A DNA stretch of 64,000 nucleotides, from contig NC_092348.1 in NCBI RefSeq assembly GCF_963676685.1, positions 18,476,001 to 18,540,000 of the forward strand. Reading direction: 5' to 3'. Under the pieces are notes generated by a model. It ran no database searches, was not told the DNA's origin, and was given only the letters and a program-made list of their open reading frames with translations. Of the stretch, positions 25,590 through 38,795 are shown piece after piece. Position 1 is the first letter of the stretch; each line of letters starts with the position of its first letter. This DNA comes from Mytilus edulis (taxonomy: Eukaryota). The position numbers and the translations under genes were made by a program.

Positions 25590-28500
25590 GATAAGATAAG
25601 ATAAGATAAGAAATTTTATTTCAAGTCGGGTTACATTAAATACAAACATAAGCTCTGTAGAGCTTTTTGCCGACATTAATAACAATAACAACACACATAT
25701 TAAGATACATAAAACACACATATGAGACATACAAATTATGATAGCTATATTGCAAGTAAAAAGTTCATAAATAAAAAGCATAGCACATGCAAGCAAAGCA
25801 AAGCAAAGCACTAAAACTGAAACATAAGCACATGCAAAGCAGAATGAAATAAATAAAGCAAACTAATTTCTATAAGCTACATTGAACAAACATTTAACAC
25901 AAAATAAAATAAAGGTATTAAGATCTGCAGGAGCCACACCTGCATGAGTTGCCATTCCAGTTGTTGATCATACTTTTAAACTGGTTTAGGTTTGTCTGTG
26001 CACGGATCGTGTCAGGCAACTCATTCCATAGTGTAGCTCCAGCATATCTTAATGAATGAAGGCCAAAATGTGTGGTTCTCACCTGTGGAATTTCAACAGT
26101 TTGTTGTTTTCTAAAAGTATAAGATACATTTTTAAAATTAATGATATCATGGAGATACACCGGTGATTCTTTATGTAATATTTTAAAAGTTTCTATTGCC
26201 ATCATTCTTAGGCGTCTTATTTTAAAAGAAGGTAAACCAGATTTTAACAACAGAGTTTCATAATCACTATCAAAATCTTCATATATGAACCTCAAGGCAC
26301 GTTCTTGTATTTTTTCCATCTTTTTAGTATTACCCTCCCCACAAAAATGCCAAACCACAGGACAATAATTGAAATTAGACATAATATATGAATGATAAAT
26401 AGTTAACCTTCCCAATTTAGATAGATGTTTTCCAATTCTTTTAAGAACATTTAACTGCCTTGATGCTTTTTTACAAATATCAGAGATATGAGTTTTAAAC
26501 TTGAGTTGATAATCTATTGTCACCCCCAGGAGCTTTACCTCAGTGTCACATAAAATTTCATTCCCATCCAAATTGAATTTAATATTCCCACTTTTTGATT
26601 TATTCCCAACAGCAATAGCCTGAAATTTATCTGGATTAGCTTTCATTTTGTTATTAGCAAACCAATCAATTAAAACAGCACTTTCCTTTTCCAAAGATTT
26701 AACTAATCCATTTAAGTCTGGTCCTGAGTGTGACAATGTATTATCGTCTGCATAATTATACAGTTCATTTTCTTTCACAAAATTGAAAATGTCGTTTAGA
26801 AAAATATTAAAAAGCACAGGACCCAAAATCGAGCCCTGCGGTACACCTTTATAGATATTTTGCCAGGTACTAAAATATGCACCGACTTTTACACACTGTT
26901 TCCTATTTGATAAATAATTATCAATTAAATTAAATACCTCATTTGACAGGCCATATGCCTTCAATTTTAAAAGAAGTAAATTATGGGGTAAGCAGTCAAA
27001 GGCCTTAGAAAGGTCCATTAGCACAGCAGCCACATATAAATTTTGATCGACTGCTTTTTTCCAGTCCTCAATGACTTTTAGTAAGGCGGTGTTACAGCCA
27101 TAGCCAGGTCTAAAAGCTGACAAGGAAGGATGAAATATTTTACTAAAATATTCTATTAGCTGCTGATATATGGCCCTTTCAAAGAACTTTGACACCACCG
27201 GAAGAATGCTAACAGGTCTGTAGTTTCCTGCCTCTAACTGACTATTCTTTTTATGTAGTGGAACTACCTGTGCTTCCTTAAGATCGTCAGGAAACTCTGA
27301 ACTCTTAATAGACATATTTATAAGTTGAGTAATAGGTTTAACAATTACTGGTTTGGCTATTTTCAAGATTTTTACTGATACCCCATCAAAGCCAGTAGCT
27401 TTGTTTACATTGATCTTATTAATTTGTTTTTCAACAAAGTCATCTTTAATTTCTATAAAAGATAAGCTACCATCAACATTACAATTTTCCCTTATTGATT
27501 TTATGCTTGGATGATTATCATCTACCTCACAATTATCATTGCCGATATCTTTGGCTACATTTACAAAGTATTTATTAAAAATTTCTGCAACATTTGATTG
27601 TCATTAATTATTTCATCGTTGTTACATAAAACAATATTGTTATCAAAATGACTACCCTTGTTTGTTAAAAAAGGTTTGATTGTTGGCCAGAAATCTTTTT
27701 GTTTTGGACCACCAGTGCAACGCTCTATAAAATAATTTCTTATAGATTGTCTTCTAAGTTTGGTAGCAAGATTTCTTTGTTGGCGATATAACTCCCAGTT
27801 CTTCTTCGATTTTGCATGTAAATATTTATTGTGAAGCATTTGCTTTTGTAGATTGCACTTTTTAATTGTTTGTTCATGTATGGTGCTGGTTTGTGTACAG
27901 TTTTTCTTGTTTTCTCTGGTATGTGGTTGTTGACTATACTCATTAATTTGGTGTTAAAAATATCATAAGCCTCATTAACATTTTCTACATTGTCTACAAT
28001 TGTTGTAAGATTTGCCTGTTCTAAATCATGTAGAAATTTTTCCTCATCTAGCTTTTATAACTTCTGTATTTTTTTAAAGGTTTTTTTATTGATGGAACAT
28101 CAGATTTAAGTTGTACAGCATTGATGTTATGGACGTCACTTAATCCACAGTTAAAATTTGTGGTATTTTGGAGCATGTTCTTTTTGTTTGTTAAGATGAC
28201 ATCATTTAGTGTTGGTTTTGCATCTTTTGTGAAACAAGTTGCACCTTTTACAATGTTCTCAATACCACAGATATCACATACTGTGCTTAAAGGTGTACAT
28301 TTATCTATTGATAATAAGTTATAATTTAAATCGCCCAGAAAAATCATATTATCATATTTTACAGATATCTTATCATGGGTCTTAGTAAAGTCATTAATAA
28401 GTCATTATCAGATATTGTTTGTGGTCTATACATTCCAGATATTAGCCATTTTTTACCATTTACTACCAGTTCAGCTGCTATGGATTCAATGATCTCACAC

Positions 28501-29012
28501 TCCATGTTCTGCTTCCTGTCGCACGGTAAATCAGATCTTATGTACATGACTATTCCACCCCCATGTGCATTTCTGTCTTTTCTCCAGAAATGGTAGTTAT
28601 CAACCCTAAATTGGGCATCTGGGAAAGACTGGTCTATTTTAGTCTCTGCAATAATGAGGAGATCTACTATGTTTTTACATAACAGTTCTTGGATTGAGCA
28701 AAATTTGTAGCGTAGACTGTTAATGTTTAGGTAAGAACTGATAAATTTATTTGGATGTTTCTTTCTTACCGTGTATAGTTCGTGAAATATATCATGAGAT
28801 GCATCGTCTTGATCTAGTATAGGTGCTTCGGTGTTTACATCGGATGTTGGCACAGTAATGTCAGATGCGGATACGGTGAGGTCTTCATCTGAATCCGTAT
28901 CTGTATTTGAAGTCAGATGATGGAAATCGAAAAATGAATCAGTGAAGTTTGGTAGATGTGGATGAAGTCTCCAAAATTTTAACCTCAAGTCCAGCCACGA
29001 CAACAACAACAC
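25590..29012 (-). mobile_element. CR1/L2-group LINE, 5'-truncated, ORF2 frameshifted; (TCTTA)n 3' tail
   Basis: Minus-strand endonuclease (YLNINSL, AETKID, LGDLN, SDVH) and RT (NYRPVSIL, DLSKAFD, GVPQGSILGP, YADD). The 3' end has AATAAA followed by a tandem TCTTA microsatellite at 25590-25620. Confidence 0.93.
25918..27366 (-). pseudogene. Reverse transcriptase portion of CR1/L2 ORF2 (482-aa open segment)
   Basis: Complete RT motifs including YADD; upstream ORF2 is broken into several frames. Confidence 0.88.
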
Positions 29013-29023
29013 TCATTCCGCCG

Positions 29024-29138
29024 GATGATAAATGATGACACTATGTATGTTTTACATAAAAGATGCTTGACACAGATGATAAATGATGACACTATGTATG
29101 TTTTACATCAAGTATGTTTGACACAGATGATAAATGAC
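29024..29138 (+). repeat. 51-bp tandem repeat, ~2.3 copies
   Basis: gatgataaatgatgacactatgtatgttttacat... at 29024, 29075 and (partial) 29126. Confidence 0.85.
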
Positions 29139-30162
29139 TTTTTTTATTGCTGAAATCAGATACTATTCAGAACTGGCGAAATTTTATTTGAATTTATAGC
29201 TTTTATATTGATCGGTATTGGCCTTGTCCCACTATGAAGAAATATACACTGAAATGCAGTTAACTTTAGCGTTTGATAGTTCATTGATAACATTCTGGCG
29301 TATCACAAACAAACAACTTGTAACGTCTCATTTCATTAGCCGAAAGATTCAAATACAACAACATTTTTAGTTTGCATGTGAATTGACACAGGTGACTGAC
29401 TATGGAATGTACTATGTTAATACGAATGTAAAAACACGGATTTGACAATGTATAGTTTACAAATCTTTGAAAAGAAGTAAATAAATGTTTTGTGTATTTC
29501 AAATTGTTGTGTCGAAATATTATACTGAAGCAACATAATTATCGTGTACATAAAGTACCGCATTATGAAACATATAAGGATAAAATAAAATACATGTGCC
29601 GCTTTTATACATGATTAAGTAACCCTTTTAATTTCTTTCAATGTCGTACATGTAGCTACTTATAATAAGGATCTTATAATGCTTATCCATTATAATAATT
29701 ACAAAAAGTTATGATGGGTTGCATATTCCTCTTTTTGTGTTTTCATGCTATAAAACGAAGATACAGAAAGTTACACAGGAGCTAAGCGTTTGGTTTAAAA
29801 ATTTACGTATCATAAACGGAGCAGATTGTCCCCGAAATATAGAAACGAAAAAAAAAAACAATTATCGTATCATTTCTGCACGTGAATTAAGACGTAGTAT
29901 TCAATGTACTATCATGATTACCACGAAATTCAAATGAATTCAGTAGAGGCATTTTGGTGTAAAAAGGATTGAAATGTTACATCGGCGAAGATTTTTTCTT
30001 TTGTATGTGTGGAACTAAAAAAAATAACTTATCGTAGTTGATAAGGAACAATATAAATGTACTGTTTTCGATTTAAATTGGCTAAAACCCTCTCCTTTGA
30101 TTTAATACCATAAGAAAGTGATATGCATAACATTGTTGAACTATCCGCCAAAGTGACGTGAA

Positions 30163-30345
30163 GTATGCATGCGTATTTAAAATGAAATACAAAATCATAC
30201 ATGTAAGATAAACTGATAAACGAAATATTAAGAAATTATTAAAAAGTATGACTGTATGCATGCGTATTTAAAATGAAATACAAAATCATACATGTAAGAT
30301 AAACTGATAAACGAAATATTTAGAAATTATTAATAAGTATGACTG
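30163..30345 (+). repeat. ~92-bp tandem duplication
   Basis: gtatgcatgcgtatttaaaatgaaatacaaaatc...gtatgact occurs twice with 2 mismatches. Confidence 0.9.
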
Positions 30346-30686
30346 AATGCATGTACTAGAAGGGGTCAACCTTTTTATCAAAACATTTAAAGAATAAACA
30401 CGCTTTTAAAAACTGGTCGTTTTTCTCTGTAACTATTTAAATATTTACAAATATACAATCTACGATCGAATTTCAACCGAGAATAGCAAACAGTTAAGTA
30501 TAAAATTCAATAATCGCTGGAGTTTATAAAGTATATTTATCTCTAAACAAAGTATGGTTGGTTACATGTTCTGAATTTACTTAGAATTTCGGATTTTATT
30601 CTCAAAATTAAGTAAACTGAATTGCAAAAAAAATCATATTATTCTTAGTCGAATACCTAAAACTTGCGATAGATATAAAAAGGCCA

Positions 30687-30780
30687 ATCTAATTACAATA
30701 TTGATCTCTGATTACGTTATACTACATATAATATGTAATATGTAGTATAACGTAATCAGAGATCAATATTTTAATTAGAT
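30687..30780. repeat. 94-bp near-perfect palindrome/hairpin
   Basis: Arms atctaattacaatattgatctctgattacgttatactacatat / atatgtagtataacgtaatcagagatcaatattttaattagat; 43 bp, 1 mismatch, 8-nt loop. Confidence 0.9.
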
Positions 30781-33745
30781 AGATAAAAATGCAGGATGAG
30801 CAACTTGGCAAAAAGGCTGAATTACGATTTATGTAAAAAAAAAAACGGACAAACTAATAAAACACTCAAACGCATATAAGTATAAATGATACATTTTGAT
30901 TAAAAGTTTCCACAGAAAAATATAAATGATACATTTTGGTTAAAAGTCTTCACAGAAAATTACTTTAACATGTCGGATTCATAATCTTAGTTTAGTGACA
31001 ATTTGATTGACAAAATAAAAAGAAATTTATAAAATTAAAGCGAAGTTTTTTTTAAAGCAAGCTGCCAAAATGGGTTAGTGCCATTTTGCTATAAGTTTAC
31101 GATTTTAATTTTGTTATTCATTATACTTTATATCAGCAGTGGTGGAGTTTGATTCTGAATTTCGTAAATGATATAACATCAAAATGGAAACGTAAGTATG
31201 TGTTTACAAATGCCACAAAGGGTTTGTCGTATAGCAGCAGAGTAACATCGAGCCAAAGCAAAGCTGATTTCATGAATATTAGATAGCAGTGCAAAAACAG
31301 GAACATGACCTAGATTTCTCCCCAAACCGTTAAAAAATGATCAAAAAGATGTTGTTTTGGGTTATATGTTTATTTAAACAAAAACAAATCTGTGTTTTAT
31401 GTTAAAACAATAGATGTCTGTTTCCATGGTTATGGAACTGACTTTGAATTATATTAACAAGGCATCAACAACTAACTTAGTTATTAACTACAAATGTATT
31501 TAAAAAAAAGTATAAGGAATTGTTGGAAGCTATGGACTCCTGATACTGTGCATGTTTTAGGGATATGTTCCAGCGATACTTAACCTATTTAATTGAAGAT
31601 GTTCACTGGTGACATTAAGCCCATCTGTTTATTTATTAGTACAGAGTCGTAGTGATACAGGATATGTATTTACTATTGATGTTAAATGTGCAACTAAGAA
31701 GATTTGGATTGATTGGTAATGAGACAACTTTCCCAAGAGACCAATTTACGTAGAAGTTAACAACTTTAGGTCGTATGGCCTTTAACAATGATAAAAAAAA
31801 CCATCAGCCCATTTTATGTCCGATTTTTACTTTGCAGACATGGTCTATTGCATAGGAAAACATTTCATCTAGAAAGTGTTGTTTAACCAATCTGCGTCTT
31901 TGTTGATAACTGCAAAATAGCCAACATGTCACGTAAGTTGTCAATACTATATTTGAATTAGGTAACAGCCGCCGTTGTAAAGCAGGCCAACTAGCTGTTT
32001 CGATATTTAAAAAAAGAATGTGACTTTACATTTCAACGATACTTGATTCAAATTCAATTCACAATCATCTGTTAAGGTCTTTTAACAATAATTGGTGCAT
32101 TTGCATCATAACGGGTACCCAACTTCAAAGTATATTGAAAACCATTGCAATTGGAAAATTGACATAACCTTTCGTAATTGCCAATCAAATGTGTCTACAA
32201 TTGAAAATTTTGTTTTATAATATAACATTATAGAGCTTTTCTGTGCTTGTTTTAGGGGTTGTAAAGGGTAATAATGTCAAACCATAATAATTGATTGGCT
32301 GTAATATTCATGACAGCTAACATAATTGTATATTCTATGTTTAATGTTTTGCACTAATAAGAAAAGACAAATATTCCATTCTCAACCTTGACTTACAGTT
32401 TAAAAAAAAAGAGTTTATGTAGGCTATGTTATTTTGTTTGGCTTTATCAAGATGTGATCTAATAAATTCCAACAAAACGAAACCAAATAAGTTTTTTTTT
32501 TTAAATTGTGCATACGGACTTTTAATTCATTTAAAACATGTGTATATATACATGCATATATTAACCAAACTATAAAAAAATCCACAGATAGAAATGCAAA
32601 AGAACTGATATTATTCATAAAAGAGGGATACCATAGGGATATTCAAACTCATAAGTCGAAAACAAGGAAACAATGACATGGCAATAAACGAAGTAAAGAC
32701 AAGCAAGTTCATAAAACACAACATAGAAAACTCAAGACTGAGTAACATGAACCCCTGACGACACCTGGGGTGATATCATGTGTCCCGGGATGGGAGTTAA
32801 CTAAAATGATACAGTTCTGGCCACTGTTCCTGCGTCGGAATTTTTTAATTTGCAACAAGTAGCTACAAAGTGTTATACGCCTGAATACGTATTTTGAGTC
32901 GAAACAAGATTTATGGCATGGATCAGTTTTTTAACAATTCGAACCAAAAAACTAACAGCTCAATTTACTGAACAAATATAATACAAACGACAACAACTGT
33001 CTTACCGGGTCATTACTTGTCATACATTATAGTCTCATAAAGAATGTGGCGCAGTAGTTACATCTCCTTGTTTAACCTCGTGTTTTGACGTCAGTTTGAT
33101 AAAAGGTTTAACAGACAGATATGAGGTTTACAATGTATGAATGCATGAACCCCGTATGTAAGAAAACAGTGCAGTTGCAGAATTCACATTTTGGAAAGCG
33201 GACAGACTTTAAACTATGGAATATAAAGTACGTCCCCGTCAAATATGTTTTCACTTGTTATAAATATTTCCGAACGGTTTCGTTAATGAAGGGAATTTGA
33301 ACTTTTGATTTACTTTTTATTCCAAACTTGTCTTCCTGCTGTAATTGGTTTATATTTATATGTACAACCACTAAGGTCTGAATCATAGTTTAGTTGCAAT
33401 TTAGGAACGAATATTTAATGTTGCATTTCTCAAAACAACATGCACATTAATACTTTACCACGCATATATACGCTTTTTACGCCAATCCCCTTACACCACG
33501 TATACGCTTTTAACGTTTACCTCCTTCCCCCGCAACTACACTTTCCTATGCTTTTCATGTATTTTGTATTTTGTCTTAAAAACGTTAATGTAAAAATTTA
33601 ACGTACTAATAAATGTTGTGACATTTAAAAATCAATAAACGAGACAAGTACCATTGCTTATCGTAGGAAATGGGCGGTAATTATACACTGTATCAATGTA
33701 TATTCATGAGATTCTCACATGTAATAACAGACTACAATAACAAAT

Positions 33746-35243
33746 ATGTCGGCCTCCGGAAGGCCAAGTGTATGGGATGTTTGGGAACAAATTGTGTCTG
33801 AACCAGCAATAAAAAAAAAACATCAGACGGCTATAGTATTGAAGGTGAGGATAACGGGAATGAATCCGAAATAGATGTAGTGTTGGTTAGCGAGGAGGAA
33901 GATACTATTGATGATGAAATCGTGCCGGGTCAGGAGGATGGAAATGATGATACTGGCATGAATGAGATAATATGGAGCGAGGCCAATCAAGATGTAAATG
34001 TTTGACAGTTTAACGAAAGTACCGGACCTCAAGTCTTATTGAATGCTGATGTTAGTGAACTGCAGTGTTTCAATACCTTCTTTAGAACAGATATGATAAG
34101 TTAACGTGTCCAAGAGACCAACCTAAATGCAACACGCAAACAGCAACTAGCGGGACGAAATGACACACACTGGACGGAGACAGATTTTGCTGAAATGTCT
34201 GCATATTTAGGTAAGTGAAAAACAATATCTGTTCAAACTAACAATGGTTATACGTGTACGATTCTATGCTTGGTTTATAATAAGAAAATTATATTGAAAT
34301 GCATAGTAAATTCCCTTTAATTTATACTAGTATATATACATGTACATGCTTGCATTTTTGTGCACTGTTTATGCACAAGCCTGTTATTCAGTGGTTGTCG
34401 TTTGTTGATGCGGTTCATAGATGTTTCTCCTTTCTCATGTTGTAGATTAGACTTTTGTTTTTTTCCATTTTTGGGTCCTTTAAATAGCTTGCTGTTTGGT
34501 GTACTAAATGTAAGCCTTGACGCTATGTTGAAGGCTGTATGTAGACCCATAATTATTTTTTACTCATTGTGACTTGGATTGAGAGTTGTTTCATTAGTAC
34601 TCATACCATGCTTTTATTGACAATATTTATTGGTTCGTACATGCCTTTATACATGTGTTTGCTCGTTATTTACATGTATTTTATAATTCTCAAAAGTAGA
34701 AGTAGGTTTAGTACTCTATGCATGTAGGGTACATTATAAAACTTCATCGAAATTTTACATGTCAAGATATGTATGCACAGCCTATATCCACATGTACATG
34801 ATGCATATTTAGAAGTGATATTAAAAGTAATATTTTTATGACAAAAAGTTAAAAGTGTATATTTTATTTTTTCTAGGAATCATATTTCTAATGGGGATTA
34901 TACAAGTTCCTGACAACAAGTTTTTATGGTCGACAAATAAATTCCTTGCTGTGGAGGTGTAAAAGATGTCATGCCTGTAAAAAGATATGAAAAGCTGACA
35001 CAGTATTTACATGTGAATGAGCCAGAGGCTGATTCTACTGACAAACCTGCCAGAATCAGGCTTATATTATATTCTTTTCTTGAAAGATGTCGAGTGCAGA
35101 TGTAGCTAATAAACCTAGGCAGAACCAAAGCATTGACGAGGCAATGATTCCCTACAAGGGTAGATTTTCTGCAAAGCAGTATGTTCCCTCAAAGCCAGTG
35201 AAGTGGGGTATCAAGGTGTGGATGAGATGTGACACAACCTCAG
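33746..35243 (+). pseudogene. piggyBac-like transposase, copy B, 5' exons (33746-34210, 34877-35243)
   Basis: Acidic N-terminus; ..WTETDFAEMSAYL|G IIFLMGII joined in phase across a GTAAGT...TAG intron; IDEAMIPYKGRFSAKQYVPSKPVKWGIKVWMRCD; internal stops and frameshifts. Confidence 0.85.
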
Positions 35244-35495
35244 GTACTTACATGTTCAATCATAATTTGAAATATTATATTATATATAAAAGGTTTTGGT
35301 TTTTACATGCACTTTTCACTCAACCATGTCATTTTAAGATATGTTAGATATAACACCTTTGATTACCAGGTACTTTTTCAATTAACGTTTACTAATCCTA
35401 ATAATCCATGTCATGATGATGTATGCGTGATTAGACATTAAGCAACAAACAATCAATCATCTATGTTTTAATACGATTAATTCAGTTTAAATTAA

Positions 35496-36234
35496 GGTTT
35501 ATGTACCCTTCTGTAGCCATTTTTGTGCGAACTTTTCAAACTTCAATTGTTTCAAAACTACAGATATAATGAATAATAGAGATAGGCCATTTTGTACATA
35601 TTCCAAGGGGAAACTTGATGCAAAGCATTATTTTTTACTGTTCCATTGCATTTAATAGAAAAAGAGAACTTTGTGGCAAATAAATCAAGATTTTTATAGA
35701 AAATCCACAGCCTTTATCCTTGTACTCTCATATTTGGCAATTTGATGACTGATAGATATAGGATTATTGCATGCAGTGCTAGCATTGATTTCCTTAAAAC
35801 AAGTTTATAAATGTAGTTATTGGTTAAGACAAGTATAAATATGGCCAAAATCAAGTACACCTTGTAGGGTGCGCTCGACTTTAGTGACTCAGCACGAGGT
35901 GTTTTGGAATTTACAGGTTACTTAGAACGTTTTGTAAAAAATAAACACTAGCACATCATAGAAAATCAAGTGAGTAATTTATGTTTCAAATTTTATAACA
36001 TAAATCTCTGTATTAAAGGCTGTGGATTTTCTATAAAAATCTTGATTTATTTGCCACAAAGTCCTCTTTTTCTATCAAATGCAATGAAACAGTAAAAAAT
36101 AATGCTTTGAATCAAGTTTCCCCTTGGAACATGTACTAAATGGCCTATCTCTATTATTTATTATATCTTTAGTTTTGATACAATTGAGGTTTGAAAAATT
36201 CGTACAAAAATGGCTATAGAAGGGTACATAAACC
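35496..36234. mobile_element. TTAA-specific MITE with ~200-bp TIRs, GG..CC termini (Kolobok-like), copy 1
   Basis: TTAA-GGTTTATGTACCCTTCT...AGAAGGGTACATAAACC-TTAA; empty TTAA at 4112-4115 in copy A. Confidence 0.92.
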
Positions 36235-37137
36235 TTAAAACATGTTTTATCCTTGATCCTTTATAAATCAAAACATTTACTTGTAACTTGCCTTCAGCTG
36301 GATTGTTTTTATAATACATGTACATACATGTATGTATATTATGTACTATATTCATCAAATGTTGTAATAGAGATTTCCAATAAAATGACTTTACTCGACA
36401 TAACCTACCTAATTCAACGTATTTCGTCCTATTGCATTGAAGCATGAAGGAGGGGAGCATACACTGCATGCATTTTGTTCTCTTTGAACACGCATGTTTA
36501 ACTGGAAGAGACTTATTAAAAAATCAACCACAATTATTTTTTTAATCTTCGAATATTTTGTTATTAAATTTTAAATGATTTTATTGACAAAAATATAATA
36601 AGGAATAAGTTAGCTAGCAACTTGTAATCAAACACACCCACAATTTCTTGTTATTTCATTTGACCCATATTTCAGTTCTTCTCAAAATTGAACTTTTAAA
36701 AACTGCGAAGTCAAAATTTAGCATGAAAGTATTAAAATAATGAAATCCGAAGCGAGAAGGTTATCTCATTTTTTTGTTTTTATAGGTTTTCACGTTTCAA
36801 ACGTAGATTCCAACACACCGAAATGTAAAAGGTGTACGCGACTTTCTTTTTATTTCTCTATAATTTAAATCAGGATTATTTGACATGGGCAGAACTGAAT
36901 TATTGATACATTTATCAAAAAAACACTTTTTCGTCTTTAATCATAATGCATGGGACGATGTTTTTTGTTCATGTATTATACCTAATTATGCATTCTAAGA
37001 TACACGGGTAGGGTGTACTCCACCCCCCTTTCGATTGCCAAATAATTTTGAAAATCTCATGTTTTCTACGTTATCTAATAAAATCGTCCAAATTTTTTTT
37101 AATCGCTGCGTTTGGTATAAATCTCACAATCGGACAA

Positions 37138-37410
37138 AAAGAAGATGTACTTATGATTGCCAATGAAATAACTCTTCACAAGAGACCAATGCAAATGACA
37201 TATACAATTAACTACTACATTTCTAGCATATGCCAACGTACAGCCTTCAACAATGAACAAAGCCTATTCCGCATAGTCAGCTTTAAGAGGCCACCACATA
37301 ATGACAAATGTAAAACAACTTAAACGAGAAAACTAACGGCCTAATTAATGTACAATAAAATGAACGAAAACACAGCAACAAAAGATAACCACTGAAATAC
37401 AGGCTCCTGG
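37138..37410 (+). repeat. Dispersed SINE-like/non-autonomous repeat (inverted copy ~44730-44915; fragments ~640-690 and 31700-31800)
   Basis: aagaagatgt..atgattgccaatga..caactc..cacaagagacc..gccttcaacaatga motif recurs in the window. Confidence 0.65.
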
Positions 37411-38795
37411 GCCCCTTAACTCAGACAGTGAAGTAACAGTACGACATAATTGATGAATATTCTAGACATGATTCTGTATATATAAGTTGGAGTTGTTTTT
37501 TAAGATATAGTGTTCAGGAGCTGGGGATACACTGAGTTTATTTGGAAATACTAGAAATTTCTGTTTTGTGCTTCGTTTCTGTCGGACGAGTCAATCCCTT
37601 ACTTACTGTTTCATTTATGAGTAGACATGATCATTTGATAAACATTATTCTATGATCTCTTTTGGCTTTAACTTGGATATTTGCAAAAACTGTGAAGCAA
37701 AGAGATGCATGCATAAAATAAGTTCTCGAAATAAATAAGCTAATTTCGGAAATACGTATTTAGCCTCCTGATATAATACTTTAGAAGAATATTTGGGCCT
37801 CAAGCTATAATATGTATGATGATAATGATGATACTGATGTATCTCTTGTATCCAGCGTCAAATATTGCAATTATGTTCAGGATGATGAAAGGATAAAATT
37901 AAACGAATATACCTTTTTGTACATGACCAACACTTATAGTAGCATTTTATATGATAGATAACAATATAGCGTACCTGCTACAAAGACATATACTTGTCTT
38001 TCTGCGAGTTAACAAATACCTGCTCGGAAAAATCCAGTCTTACAGACATTCGAGGCTAGCCTGCTACCAGTTTTCAGTCATTCGAGGCTAGCCTGCTACC
38101 AGTCTTAGTCATTCCGGAGGCTAGCCTGCTACAAGCCAATCCCATATAAACCTGGGCCCAGTTTCACGAAGCTGTCTTAGGACTAAGACATGTCTTAGGA
38201 TGGTCTTACGACATATCTTAGTTCTAAGTGGGTTTCACAAAGCGGTCCTAAATTAGGACATCTCTTAAAGTTGATCATAAAGTTAGGACAACGCGAGAGG
38301 TGTCTTATGATGGTCTTAGAATAGTTATACGTTTATTTATTTAAATTACACTCATTTTTTATATTAATTTTGAAAAAAAATATCTTATTATTATCTAATT
38401 ATCTATTCTCCTGTTCCTGCTTAAAACATATATACATAGACGGATTATCAGGATTTGTCAACAATGGAAATTCGATGTATTGATATAAAAATTGCACGAT
38501 TTTATCTCTTAACCTTTTATAAATATATTTATTAAAGGTATTAAGTCACATGACGTTGTAACGGTCAAGTGATTGTTTACTATAAACACGTGTGTGTGTT
38601 TATATCAAGCACATGGTGTGTGTTTACGTTCTATTTGATTGGATGGCATATACCCGTACTGCCGGTTTTACGGGTATATGCCCTCATGATTTTCGTGAAA
38701 AGCATGATTAAGTATTACTTAAGGGGGTAGCTTGAGAAAATTAAGTTATTCGAAGTTTGCCTATAGTACGACGTAGCAGCATTCGTTATTGTGGT

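Noticed and set aside
38047-38132. Three ~21-25-bp direct repeats with short spacers (cattcgaggctagcctgctac), CRISPR-like at a glance
   Set aside because: Spacers are under 10 bp and similar to each other, there are no cas genes, and the context is eukaryotic; a minisatellite.
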